In this document: positions 35,258-47,600 of the stretch, one piece after another
How positions within the stretch are numbered: the stretch's first letter is position 1
Layout: every line of letters begins with the position of its first letter
Assembly: GCA_024704765.1 (NCBI GenBank)
Contig: JAKMXF010000354.1
Span: 543,690-607,689, forward strand
Direction of reading: 5' to 3'
DNA: 64,000 nt
Source of the DNA: Oopsacas minuta
Lineage: Eukaryota; Animalia; Porifera
The notes under the pieces: model-generated
Database searches by the model: none
Told to the model about the DNA's origin: nothing
What the model saw: the letters and a program-made list of their open reading frames with translations, nothing else
Program-made: the position numbers and the translations under genes

Positions 35258-36431
35258 ATGGAGTATTCCCAGTTTTATCCACATTCAAACACATCAAAAA
35301 CTACACCCAATTACCTTCCTCACGCCTCCCTTCCTATCCCTCCTACTCACTCACATCCACACCGTCTCAGTCCCAACATGGTCACAAACCCTTCGGTTCC
35401 CCCTGCCCTCCTCAGGGGCCCGTCCCCTACAGCTGGCATCACGGTTCCCGGTCTAGTCGGAACTCCAGGGCGTCCGGGCAGAGGTGCCAAAGCTAATGGA
35501 AAGGAACCGAATGCTCCAGACAAGCCAGTTACGCCATACATGAGGTATGCTCGGCAACACTGGGATAGAGTGAAGACACAGAATTCTGAAGCCAAAATTG
35601 CTGACGTCAGCAGGATACTGGGAGGTATGTGGAGGGAACTAGATAAGAAGTCAAAGCAGGTGAGACTAATTATTACTTACTATTGCTTCTCTCATCAGAC
35701 ATAATTCTGTAACTATATATTATAATTAAGGTATATATAACTAATCCTTATTTTGTAATTCATTAGTCTATGTATGTAAGATATTCTTTGACGCATACGA
35801 CGAAGATAAAAGGGCATACACAGTTAACCTGAAGGCTTACAGAGAGTCAGACGAGTATCACGAGTATCAGAGGGTTAAAATGGCAGATGCTGAGCGAAAC
35901 AAAGAAGCGGGTAAGAACAAGAATAAAATGGGTCGTGACAAGGAGGATCCTAGAGGTAGTGGTCTCCAGGTACTAGAGGAACCAGATGATGAACCAGATG
36001 AATCTGCTATTGACAAACAAATTGCTTATCAAAGGTACACACTTACATATACCTATACACTGCACTATTTTTTGTTAAATTTTTTTATTAGATACACTAA
36101 GAATCATAGTTTAATGTCTCTACTATTCAATGAAAACTTAATATGTGCACATAGTAATCTACCTCAGGTTAGTAAGGAGAATCTAGAACAAGCTCAGAAG
36201 AAATGTTCTGAGTTGGAAACTCACGTGAAAAAGCTACAAGTTGATATTGAAGAACTTGAAAGAGAGAATCAGAGAAAGAAACAAAAACTGGGACAAGAAG
36301 ATGAAGACTATCAACAGAGACTTAGAGATATTGAGAGTGGTATTTTACCAGTTACAGATTCAGAACCGATCCAAATTAATTTGAAAACTCTTCACTCTGA
36401 GAGTAAGAATCATACCTATTTTGAGCTATAA
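35258..36431 (+). CDS. SMARCE1: SMARCE1/BAF57, about 331 aa; exons 35258-35659, 35781-36034, 36092-36431
   Basis: Pro-rich N-terminus; HMG box PDKPVTPYMRY..IGGMWR-like; NHSLM (NHRLI motif); coiled coil; splice phases consistent. Confidence 0.9.
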
Positions 36432-36599
36432 CAAACCTATATCTGTAGATTCTATATACTTAACTACATTTACTGTAATATTTGCTACTCTTGTTTTTCT
36501 GATAATTGATTCTCTTCTCTAATGATTTTGCAAAGAGTCTAAATACACTTTTATATTTACACATTATTATTGCATGTATTCTTATTATTTTATGTTTGC

Positions 36600-37552
36600 A
36601 TGTTACCCTAATCTATCAAAATAAACCTAGTGGAGACCGTAATAACTGCTGATGCAGATGAGAATGTAAATAATTTATCAGAAGAGATAGATACACTACT
36701 TCCTAATGGTCGTAGCCAGCCTCTGATATAATCAGTAAACCAGTTCGATCTAAACAAATTCCATTTCTATTCAAGATATTATTATTTCTATGTCCTTACT
36801 ATTTTGGGATACTCCTCTTCCTGGTTATTACTCTATATTACTTTATCGTATTATCCGCACCTGTTTTCACTGTTCTCAATGCTCTTCCCGATACAAATTC
36901 TGTTCTAGTAGGTCTCAAGGAATTTCCTTTAGATCTTAATGTTAACGATAATGTTACCATCGAAAATACAACTTTTGAATTTACAGCTTCAAGTTATCTA
37001 TTCATATTGCCTTCTATCAAGTATACTCCTTCTCCTCTTGACTTATACTCGTGTGATAATACATTGGAACCTAATTGCTATCAAATGTATACTATTAATC
37101 AACCTACTACTTATTATGATAGATGTATAGCGTATTCGAGTGGGACAAATACCAATGGCTCTCTTCCTGGAGCTATTTCTCTAATCGGTATTGTTCCACA
37201 GGTATACAGTAGCTCTTTTATTGGTATTGCATTCAACAAGGAAACTGATGGAAAACAAAGTTCCTCGTGGACTGTACTTTGTTCATGATTCTGTCAATAT
37301 TTCTCTACCCCAGTATAATAACAAAGCTTGTAAGCAGATAAACAACTCGACTCCTATCTCACATAATTCCAAACTGTTAATTGAATCAAATAATTATTCC
37401 CTCTCTTCTTGTGTTATTGCGATTAGCCATCGATCAGATCCTGCGAATTATATCTCTATAAGTTGTTTCGTATCAGTTCTGCTTATTTTCTAATTTCATA
37501 TGATGTATCCAGTTGTGCTATTAAGACATTCTTTAACAAGAATCGTGAATGA
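36600..37552 (+). pseudogene. Frameshifted gene for an unknown two-TM glycoprotein
   Basis: Protein-like reading continues across an early TAA (36609) and frame changes near 36720, 37250 and 37490; two hydrophobic segments and several N-x-S/T sequons; no family recognised. Confidence 0.5.
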
Positions 37553-37798
37553 CATTTGTGTATATTTCAGATGGAGAACAAGTACGTTTTTTTCTAATGA
37601 ATTATTCTCTTTTCTTGTATTTATTAACGAAAACGATTTAATGATTTTAAGTAATTGTTTTTGTATTGGCCGTTCATGCAGAGTTTCTATCTCGAGGGAG
37701 CGATTATTCGCTAGGGAGGTAGTGCTAGTATTCGTGTAGACACTATAACTATATCTGCTAGCAAACTGTTTATTAGGAAACTATTCACAACTTCTATC

Positions 37799-38902
37799 AT
37801 GGCATCAGCTCAGAGTCATGCACTAGTGGAGAAAGTTATTTCTGTGAAGAAATTTCTAGAATCAGATCCTTTACATCGGAGTATTGGTGAAGTATGTCTC
37901 CCTAAATCCCGTGTACACCTACATGTACATCTAGATGGAGCTGTCAGAGTGAACACCCTGTTTGAAGTAATGCAACAGAGGGGGATTGATATCGGAGTGA
38001 GTGATGTAGCAACAATGAAGAAAAGAATGAGTCCAACACCTGGCGTATCTCTGGTGGAATTTTTGAAACCATTTGACCTAATTAAACAGATTTTAGGCGG
38101 GGATGCTGCTGCTCTGCGTCGGATTGCACGTGAGTTTGTAGAAGATGAGGCTAATGATGGTGTGATTTATGTAGAGGCACGTTACTCCCCTCACCTCCTC
38201 AGGGGGACAGGAGGCATGACAGCTCAGCAAGTGACCGATGCGATCATCTCAGGGCTAGAAGATGGGTGTAAGGCTATTCCTGATATTACAGTTAAGAGTA
38301 TCTTGTGTGGTCTCAGGGATCACCCTGAGTGGACAAATGAATGTGTAGACTTGATTTCAGACTTCAAGTCACGTGGAGCAGTTGGATTAGACATAGCTGG
38401 AGATGAAAACTGCGGAACTTACGAACAGCATGAATCTGCGTATCTTCGTGCTGAGAAACTAGGAATACATCGCACTGCTCATGCAGGAGAGGCAGGTCCA
38501 GCTAGTCATGTGCAGAAAGCACTAGACCTCCTCCATGTAGAGAGGATAGGACATGGTTATGCTACCACCACAGATAAGGCATTATTGCAAAGATGTATTC
38601 AAGAGAGAATACATTTTGAAATGTGCCCAATCAGTAGTATATTAACTGGATCTTCTCCTGCATTGAATAATCCGATACAACAAATTGCTACTTCTGGTGC
38701 TTCATTCGGGATAAGCACAGACGACCCGCTTATGATCGCTGCTAATTTGACGTACAATTATGAATTCTCTTCTCTGATATTGGGAATACCTCAACAACTG
38801 CTTGTCCTCTCCAATTTCATGGCTCTAGAATCAGCTTTCATCTCAGATGCTGAGAAGTGTGAGACCCGAAAGAGACTAGTAGCTGCCTATACACAGCCTT
38901 GA
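37799..38902 (+). CDS. ADA: Adenosine deaminase
   Basis: HLHVHLDG, EARYSPH, HAGE, RIGHG, EMCPISS and STDDP metal/catalytic motifs. Confidence 0.95.
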   Translation: MASAQSHALVEKVISVKKFLESDPLHRSIGEVCLPKSRVHLHVHLDGAVRVNTLFEVMQQRGIDIGVSDVATMKKRMSPTPGVSLVEFLKPFDLIKQILGGDAAALRRIAREFVEDEANDGVIYVEARYSPHLLRGTGGMTAQQVTDAIISGLEDGCKAIPDITVKSILCGLRDHPEWTNECVDLISDFKSRGAVGLDIAGDENCGTYEQHESAYLRAEKLGIHRTAHAGEAGPASHVQKALDLLHVERIGHGYATTTDKALLQRCIQERIHFEMCPISSILTGSSPALNNPIQQIATSGASFGISTDDPLMIAANLTYNYEFSSLILGIPQQLLVLSNFMALESAFISDAEKCETRKRLVAAYTQP

Positions 38903-39147
38903 ATCTATCATTTAGTACTTTATACTATTTTAGTTCATAATACTTATTTGTATTAGATATTGCTAGTGTTTCGATGAATTCAATGTATTTTTACGTTTAT
39001 CCAATCATTTATTAGTAAATAATTATTGATATTGGTTGATAAGTTTGTTACACTCCGATCTTACATATCTATACACACACAATTAATTCTATAATTATAA
39101 TTTTATGCCATAATTATACTATTACGTATCTATTGAAGGCAGTCAGA

Positions 39148-40722
39148 ATGTTAATTCTGTTTGAAACGGCAGCTGGTTACGCCATCTTCAAGCTGCTAGA
39201 TGAGAAGAAATTGCAGGAATCTGACAATATTTTCAAAGAATTTGAATCCCCCGACACAGCCACACAACTACTCAAACTTCAACACTTTGAGAAATTCGCA
39301 GATGTCACAGAAGCTCTGACAGCTGCTACAGCTGTTGTGGAAGGTAAACTAACTAAAAGATTGAAGAAAGTAATAACTAGCGTATCAAAGGGTATGAATG
39401 ATAGTTTTGCTGTAGCTGATCCTAAACTGGGATCTGCTATCAAGGAGAAAGTTGGATTGGAGTGTATCCATGGTACAAAAGTACAAGCACTAATGAGAGG
39501 TATTCGTGAACAATCTGAAGCTCTGCTAGTTGGACTCGATAAGAAGGAGATGGAGACTATGGCAATGAGCTTAGCTCATGGTATGTCCCGCTTTAAACTT
39601 AAATTCAGTCCTGATAAGGTTGATACAATGATAATACAAGCTGTTAATCTACTGGATGATCTTGATAAGGAGCTAAACAATTACATTATGCGATGTAGAG
39701 AATGGTAAGTGAATATGTTCTCTAATTACTTGCACATACATACATCATCTATAATTGTCCTATAGGTATGGATGGCATTTCCCAGAGCTGGGGAAGATTG
39801 TAACTGACCACACAGCGTATGTACGATCTATTCTGTCAATTGGAATGCGTGTTGAAGCTAAGAATGCAGAGTTGGATGGGATATTGCCTGTGGAGATTAA
39901 AGAGGAAGTGGTAACAGGAAGTGAAGTATCAATGGGAACTGAAATAGCACAAGAGGATCTCATCAATATACAGCATCTGTGTAGACAAGTATTAGAGCTT
40001 ACTGCTTATAGAGAACAACTATCTGAATACCTGACCAACCGTATGGCTACTATAGCTCCTAATCTAACTGTACTTGTAGGAGAGCTGGTAGGTGCTAGAT
40101 TGATAGCACATGCTGGTTCTCTTATCAATCTAGCAAAGTACCCAGCTTCTACTGTACAGATCCTTGGTGCAGAGAAGGCTCTGTTTAGAGCTCTCAAGGG
40201 TAAGAAGAACACACCCAAATATGGACTCTTGTATCACGCCTCTCTAGTGGGACAGAGTAGTAACAAATTCAGAGGTAACTTACCATATAAGATAAATCAT
40301 ATTTGTCATCTCATGTCTTACGTGAATTCTATCTAGGTAAGATATCTCGTTCTCTCGCTGCTAAGGCATCAATTAGCGCACGCGTTGATGCACTTGGAGA
40401 GGGAGAAGACAATTCAGTGGGTTTGCTGAACAGACAGAAAGTAGAAGCACGATTGAGAGAGTGCGAAAAGCAACAGCTGAGACAGGTAAGTGGGACTGGA
40501 AAAGGACACAGAGATACGAAGAAGTTTGAATTCAAAAAGGAACATAAAAAGTATGACTCAGGAGCAGATTTCATGTTTGATGATTCTGGACAATCTAAAA
40601 CTCCTACTCCTGGCAAAAAGAGGAAAATAGACACGAGTGAAGACCCAGTTGACATGGAGATAGTTCCTGGGGGAGGAGAAGGCAGCGAGAAGAGGAAAAA
40701 GAAAAAGAAGCACCAGGATTAG
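39148..40722 (+). CDS. NOP58: Nucleolar protein 58, about 483 aa; exons 39148-39704, 39766-40274, 40337-40722
   Basis: [18 protein letters not shown]|[37 protein letters not shown], basic tail. Confidence 0.95.
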
Positions 40723-40894
40723 CATATTATTGGTTATTATTAGAAAATATAGTTTCTTAGTTTTAAAAGCGATACTATCGATTCACTTTTCAATAAATTT
40801 GATATTTTCGTTTCCTATTTTGCAGATTTGATTTATTTCAATTAAAATATATTCCTTAATTATTCTTGTATGAATCTGTTTGATCCTTAGAAAA

Positions 40895-43800
40895 ATGGTA
40901 GAGGTAACTCGGTCTAACTTCCAAGAAACATTGCCTTTAGTTCAACAGGTAATAGATCAATGTTCTTTCTTTGCAATTGACTCTGAATTCACAGGACTTG
41001 AGTCTTCTAGTGCAACAGAAAAGACATTATTTGATTCTCCAGAAGAGAGATATATTAAACTGAAACAAAACGCAGAAGCGTTTACAATAAGCCAATTCGG
41101 TTTAGCTTGTTACTCTCCACAGCAACAAGATATTCAGAGCAATAAATATACAGCTCATGTTTTTAATTTCTTTCTGCTACCCAGACCTGTTGGTAACTTA
41201 GACCCTAGGTTCAAAGTTCAAGTATCTAGCATAGAGTTTCTCTGTCAGAACTCGTTTGATTTTAATAAATATTTCTACGGAGGGATACCCTACTTAAATG
41301 AAACCATAGAGGAAGAACTTCGAAGAGAGTATCAAATGAAATTGAAGCCTGAAAATATTCAGGATGTCGAATTAATGGATCATTCTGGTGACCGGTGAGT
41401 TGTGTTACATATATGAATCCTGGTTTAGTTCTGACTTGACAATATTTTAGATTGATGGCTATCATTAAAGAGTGGCGAGATAAGAATCTTATTTTACATC
41501 AACAGAGCTGTTTGGATCTCAAAACCAATCCCAGTCTATCTCTTGGTGATTTTATCCAACAGATCCATGCTCAGTTCCCAGATGTACATGCATATGTCAA
41601 TGCAGACGGTCGTTTAATAGTAAAACTTAATACACGCAATACTTCTAATAATAACCAAGAAATGAACTGGGCTAATACAATACAACATTATATTGGGTTT
41701 TCTCATGTATTCAAGATGCTAGTTAAATCCCGTAAACCAATGGTTGGACATAACTTAATGATGGATATAATGCTAATGTATAATCACTTCTATCAGCCTC
41801 TCCCTCCCACACTGGTTGAATTCAAACGTAACATGCTTAAGCTGTTTAATCCTATCATAGATACTAAACAATTATGTGTATTTATTCGTAAGGAATATAA
41901 TGTGTTGAATGATACATCTCTATCTGAAGTATACAAACAGCTGACTAGCAATCAATGGTCATTATTTTCTCTCTGCTCTCCTGATGTAAATATTTCTAAT
42001 TCTAATATTAAGAAGGTGACGTTATTTCATGAAGCTGGAAATGATGCTTATTCAGCTGGATTTGTTTTTCTACGTATTGGACACTTCTTGTATATAAATG
42101 GTGAGTTTTGATGCAATCATTGATAGAGGACACACTATTAACTACTTTCTTCCACTATCCTGCAGTCATAAATGTTTTCTAATGGGTGTATAAGGCAACG
42201 GGGGCTTAAATATCCCCTCCCCTGTTTACTACCTTGATATTAAAACTAGATTATTAACCCAGTCATAGAAGGAAATGGTCTAATTAGAACAGCTGTTACG
42301 AAGCTGATTACGCTCATTTTACTAATCTAGTTATATTGTTATAACAACAGCACCGAACTCTTACCTAACACACACGTAACTTTTCCAGATATTATATCAT
42401 ACACTTAATTTGCTTATTTATTATATAGCAACTGTTTTTGACATTCCTTTATATTTCTATTAACTTGAATAACTTGAGCATTTTTAGGATTCTTTGTTAG
42501 TAATATTGATCATCCTAACCTCAGATAGACTATACTTCTAGGAAATTAAGTATAGAGTCAAATATCTACGAATAACTTCCTAAGTGAATGGAAATATACC
42601 AGTGTCTAAGATTAATGATTTTCTCACATTTGACAATTCCTCATCACAATTGATCATTGGTGAGCTAATGCAATAATTATTTTAACCTTGCTAGTATCTG
42701 TCTGCGTTGGTAGAATATTTTAACTTGAAGCAATATAACATGGCTAATATAAGGTTTCAGCCACTATGACGGACAGTTTGTTTACGAAAATGGAAAGAAC
42801 ATAACTATGTCATTCTAGGATCCATGTTGGTCAAGACCTTTATTAATATTCTAATTTAAAATACAAAGTCTTGCATAATTCCAGGTAAATCGAGCTACAC
42901 ATACTACATATTTACTGTTAATATATTATAAAAGTATTTACACAATATCGAATTAAGCAATGATACGTAATTACACACATCTGAAGAATTATGCGTACAC
43001 ACTAAGCTTGAAAATTTATACATATTTGTCCCATAATTAACAGAATATCAACAGATTATTCCAATTCAACATATTTGCTATGATTGAACTGATTCCGCTT
43101 AACTCGATAGCTGAGAGGGATTAGAATGGAAGATAGTGCCATTGATAGAACCTCACATGCTATCCAGATCCCATAAGCCTTGAGAAGTCTATCTGGCATA
43201 TATACACTGTACAGTGCGGATTCAGGATCGAGGATAAAGTAGTCAGGAATTGCTTCCATCATTCCTCTACCTTCATGTGCAACAGGAGTTGAACCATTGC
43301 CTTGTTGTATAATATCACTGTTATCTGGATTGTATCTCAGTACTGTTGATATAGAAAGACAAGTTATGTGGAAGATTAGTAAAACTAGAGTCAGTAATAT
43401 ATGTAGAGATAGAAGCGTGTATGAAGTCTTGTTTATCTTCTTGTTCCTGTCGTATGTAGAGAGTGTTACCCCCAGCAGTGCTATGACACAGAGAATAAGC
43501 GCGAATAATGACAACAGAATACTTAGGTCATCGAAAAATGTTAGAAACGAGATGAAGAGACGTATTCCTGTACAGAACAGCCCAATTAAATGCACCATAG
43601 CATGGAACAGCTGTACCAAATAGAGAGCTGATAGTAGACTTAACATATTGCTATATTGTTTGATCTTCTCTCACTCTACTGTATTTATATACTATAGTAA
43701 TATACTTCGTCAACTATCGTCAACTATCGTCATTCTTGTTGCATTAACGGCTTCCTAATGGTTCGATCCGTTGCAGCATCTATACATCCTATAATTACTA

Positions 43801-44443
43801 CATTTACCTTACATTGACTAATACAGGGAAATATATGTAGAATTTGTTATGGCTGCTAGCTATAATGATGGAATACCTTTACTAATTTATAATTGGTTTA
43901 ATCAAACTAGGAAAATCTTCTCGTGAAGCACAACCTGCTCCCTTCGCTACCTATCTCCACCTAATGAAAAAGTTTGAGAATAGGATTAATGTTATTCGAG
44001 GAACGATTGACTATTATTACTTAGCAGGACCTGATCCTCCTTCTAATAGACCCAAGTGGTTTGTAGTTACTCCACGGAGATCTACTTTCTTACCGAATGA
44101 AGTGAGGAGAAATTCAGTTTTTCTTTGATTTATTTTACACATTTTTACATATTTTCTCTTTTAGGTTCTACACCATTTCTACCAATTCGGATCAGCTGAT
44201 GTTAAGATATTATCTAACAAGCGTGCTATAGTAGCTGTATCTAGCAGAGGATCATTTAAAGATGTAGTTCGTTATTTCAATACTTACAAAGGCCTGAATG
44301 TCCGTACTTACTCTAAGTTCTGGGACTCAGATAAGACAGTATATACAGTTTCTAGAGGTGCGTTTTATGCACTCTCTACAACTCTAGCTCTTTCTTCTAC
44401 CACAGGAATAATATATGGGATTTATTGGTTATTGAATCATTAA
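40895..44443 (+). CDS. PNLDC1: PNLDC1/PARN-family DEDDh exonuclease with C-terminal TM, about 539 aa; exons 40895-41394, 41451-42100, 43911-44101, 44165-44443
   Basis: IDSEFTG, GHNLMMD and HEAGNDA catalytic motifs. Exons 3-4 (below the ORF-track detection) give NRINVIRG..AGPDPPSNRP, an RRM-like stretch and a terminal hydrophobic segment as in PNLDC1; all phases fit. Confidence 0.82.
43056..43646 (-). CDS. Uncharacterised protein with about four TM segments, nested antisense in PNLDC1 intron 2
   Basis: Clean 196-aa ATG ORF, four hydrophobic segments, NGS sequon in the large loop, cytosolic tail with YVEL (YxxPhi). Confidence 0.65.
   Translation of the reverse strand: MLSLLSALYLVQLFHAMVHLIGLFCTGIRLFISFLTFFDDLSILLSLFALILCVIALLGVTLSTYDRNKKINKTSYTLLSLHILLTLVLLIFHITCLSISTVLRYNPDNSDIIQQGNGSTPVAHEGRGMMEAIPDYFILDPESALYSVYMPDRLLKAYGIWIACEVLSMALSSILIPLSYRVKRNQFNHSKYVELE
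43708..43732 (-). promoter_or_regulatory. Three TGACG (CRE half-site) motifs at 10-bp spacing upstream of the nested gene
   Basis: cgtcaactat cgtcaactat cgtca, 60-85 bp 5' of the ATG at 43646. Confidence 0.3.
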
Positions 44444-44659
44444 TAATAGTGAGTTCGGCTTCTAAATTGTTGGTTGTTAATTCAGTTTTATCATGATTAT
44501 GTGCATTATCACTTATACCATTTATTTTCATATTTTTGTATTTTAATATCTACACAATATCACTATCTTGAAAAGTTTCTTATTAGATTAGGTTGTCAGT
44601 AGATTAATGTATTTCCTTTAGCTATAAAATGATTTAATTCTGTAATCTATTAGTATTCT

Positions 44660-47600
44660 ATGTCGCAGCTACAAGGTTCAAACCAATCTCCTAATGCATT
44701 GAATCTGCTTGTAGATACTTCAGAAAACTTTGAAAATAAACTGAAATGTATCCAGGATACAATAGAGTCGTTAGATGACACGATACATAGTGATCAATAC
44801 AATACGTTTCTACATAACAATATTCCCATATTCTTCCAATTCCTTCGGGAAACGGAAATACAATTCACATCAGACACGCCCCAGCAAGAAGCTAGGAAAC
44901 AGATAATCAACATTTTATACAGATTGCCGACTAACGACAGTTTGAAGCCTTATTCCAATGACATTCTCCATAAGGTATTCAACCTTATAGTTAATGACAA
45001 TGAGGATAACGCAGTCATTTGTGTATGGCTTATAATAGAGCACATAAAGTACTACAAGCCTCAGCTATCTTCTGAGCTACAACAGTTCTTACACTTCACT
45101 AAGAAAGTATTAGCTGATCTACCTAACCTCAAAGATGAACTATTGAATTATGAAACTAGAATACAAGAATCTAATGAACCCTCACAAATTGCTGAAGAAT
45201 CAAAATCAGATGTCAATGCTTCTAGACAGCTGACACGTGTCTATCCTTCCCATTTATCTCTTAAAGTACTAGCAGAATTGCCTGTAGTATTACTATTAGC
45301 ATACCAATGCTACAAACCAACAATAGAGCCATTTATAATAGAATTGATCCCTCAGCTAATAATAGCGATAAAATTAGATTCTCAGGCATATATCCCTGAA
45401 CCGAATAGTAAAGATATTCTCATTGATTTCATTTCTACACAGGTTAAGTATGTTAGTTTCTTGAGTTTTTTCTCCAGATCATGTCCTGAGAAGCTAACTG
45501 AACATGCTACAAATCTTGTTCATGGTGTAATACAAATGTTACAAAACCTTCCCTCAGAGGTGATACTAGTTAGGAAAGAGCTAATAAATGCTACTAAAAG
45601 TCTTATTTTATCGGATCTACGTGTCTACTTCTTGGTACATGTTGAAGTGCTTCTAGAAGAACGTATTTTCTTAGGACCTAATTCTTACGAAGGATTCAGG
45701 ACTCTCTACTACCAATGCATTGGAGATTTAGTCTATCACCTCAAATCTAAACTATCAATTTTTCAATTAAGAAAGGCAGTTGATCTATTCGGTCGTGCAA
45801 TGTATGAGCCATCTTATCCCACACTGATACATCAAGTATCCGTTAAGGTTATGCTAGGTCTTGCTGAGTGCTTACGACAGAAACAAGATGAAGCTAGTAA
45901 TAGGGACCTGTTGATAAGAATGTTGAATATGTTGCTATTGAAGTTTCAGTTTATATCCGAACAGATTGTACCTCAGTTGTTTGAGCAATGTTCGGGAGAT
46001 GTAACACGGTCTACTTCTGAAGCAGGTCCATCTCTATCAATATCTGAAGATAAGAGGGATGACTACAATGAAGATTTTAGTTTTACATCAACAAAGAGGT
46101 TTGCTAATAAGTACAGTGTCCCTGGGTATATTCTACTCAGTGAGAGTAAGTCACTGCTTAAACTATTCGTTCTTTCAGTCAAGGCAATAGTAACTGCGTT
46201 AACTATCCAATCTGGTAGTCACAGCTTCGTTTCTATTGCCTCTCTCAAGAGCTTCCCTTCCTATGAAGAGGGAGTATTCCATAATCTGTTTGAGAGTATG
46301 CTACGCTCTCTAGAGCTATATAGACTATCTTCCACCTCTTCTGGAGCTCTCATTATAGCAAATCCTAAGTACTATCTTGCTGCTGTGTTTGTTACTAAAG
46401 TCAAGGAAGAAAAGGAAGTCTTTGAGAATTTTGCTCATATTTTCACTACACTTACTCCTAGCACATTCAAATGTATTATTTCAACTCATATAAATCTTCT
46501 GATAGAACAGATTCAAAAGAATTTCGCTTTACAATTCATTCCCCAAACATTTTACACACAACCCAGTACCTGCGCGATATTCAGCTCTATAATGCTAGAT
46601 TTCTTAGTGAAGAGACTGGAAGAGATGGGAAGCAATCCTAATAAATCTGAACTCTACCTGAAGCTATTGAAACTGACATTTTCTTCCATAGCATACTTCC
46701 CTCAGGAAAATGAACAGCTACTCAAGCCGTATATCTCTCCTATCATTTCTAAATCCCTCACATATTGCAAGTCTGCAACTGACCCCATGGGCTATTTCTA
46801 TCTTATAAAGGCACTGTATAGAGGACTAGGTAACGCCAGTGAAGCTACCTACAATGAATTCAGGTTTCAATTGACTGACCTTCTCTCCACACTAAACAAA
46901 TTCCATTCCACAGCACAAACTCAGCATCTCAGAGATATCATAGTAGAACTCTCGTTAACAATTCCCTTCAGATCATTTACAATTGCACTACCATATGCTC
47001 CCTATATAATATATCTAATGCGACCGCTTGTATCAGCCTTGGACAGTTCATCCCCTAACTACATACAAATGGGTCTAAAGTTCCTAGACGCATTCTTGGA
47101 CATTGTAGCTCCAAACAAACTATTCGATACTTTCCATAATCTTAAAGCTCCTCTAATGTGCTCTCTCTATAGGAACCTTGCCAGTCCGGATAAGGAGATT
47201 AGTCGCGCTGTGTTTAAGATTCTAGGCAAGTTCGGAGGGAACAGTAGAAATGTCCTTAAGATCCCACAAGAGCTATGTTATCTCGAGCCAGAGGTTTGTG
47301 AGCAACATGCAGTACTATCCTTCTCTAATATTCCCGGTATAGTCACACTACCTGTTGCTAAACTAGTACAAGAATCTACTCAGATACTGGAAGAAGGTAA
47401 GCTAGAGTCTAACTATCTTGAAGCTGCATGGCATATAATACACGGCTATCTCCTATCTATTGTTAACAGCGAAGAAATACAGTTTGTGAATAATATAACT
47501 AAGAATTCTAAATTTGTTCTTAGAAATAAAACACACAAGCACACAGACATTATAACACATATTTTTATCAAGGAACATGATCATACGCTTAACACTGCTC

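Noticed and set aside
42160-42860. Protein-like fragments first read as PNLDC1 3' exons
   Set aside because: Stops occur in all frames, and a far better in-phase continuation exists at 43911-44443; treated as intron sequence.
43736-43780. GGTTCGATCC B-box-like motif within a hairpin
   Set aside because: Too short for a tRNA cloverleaf, with no A-box or anticodon arm.
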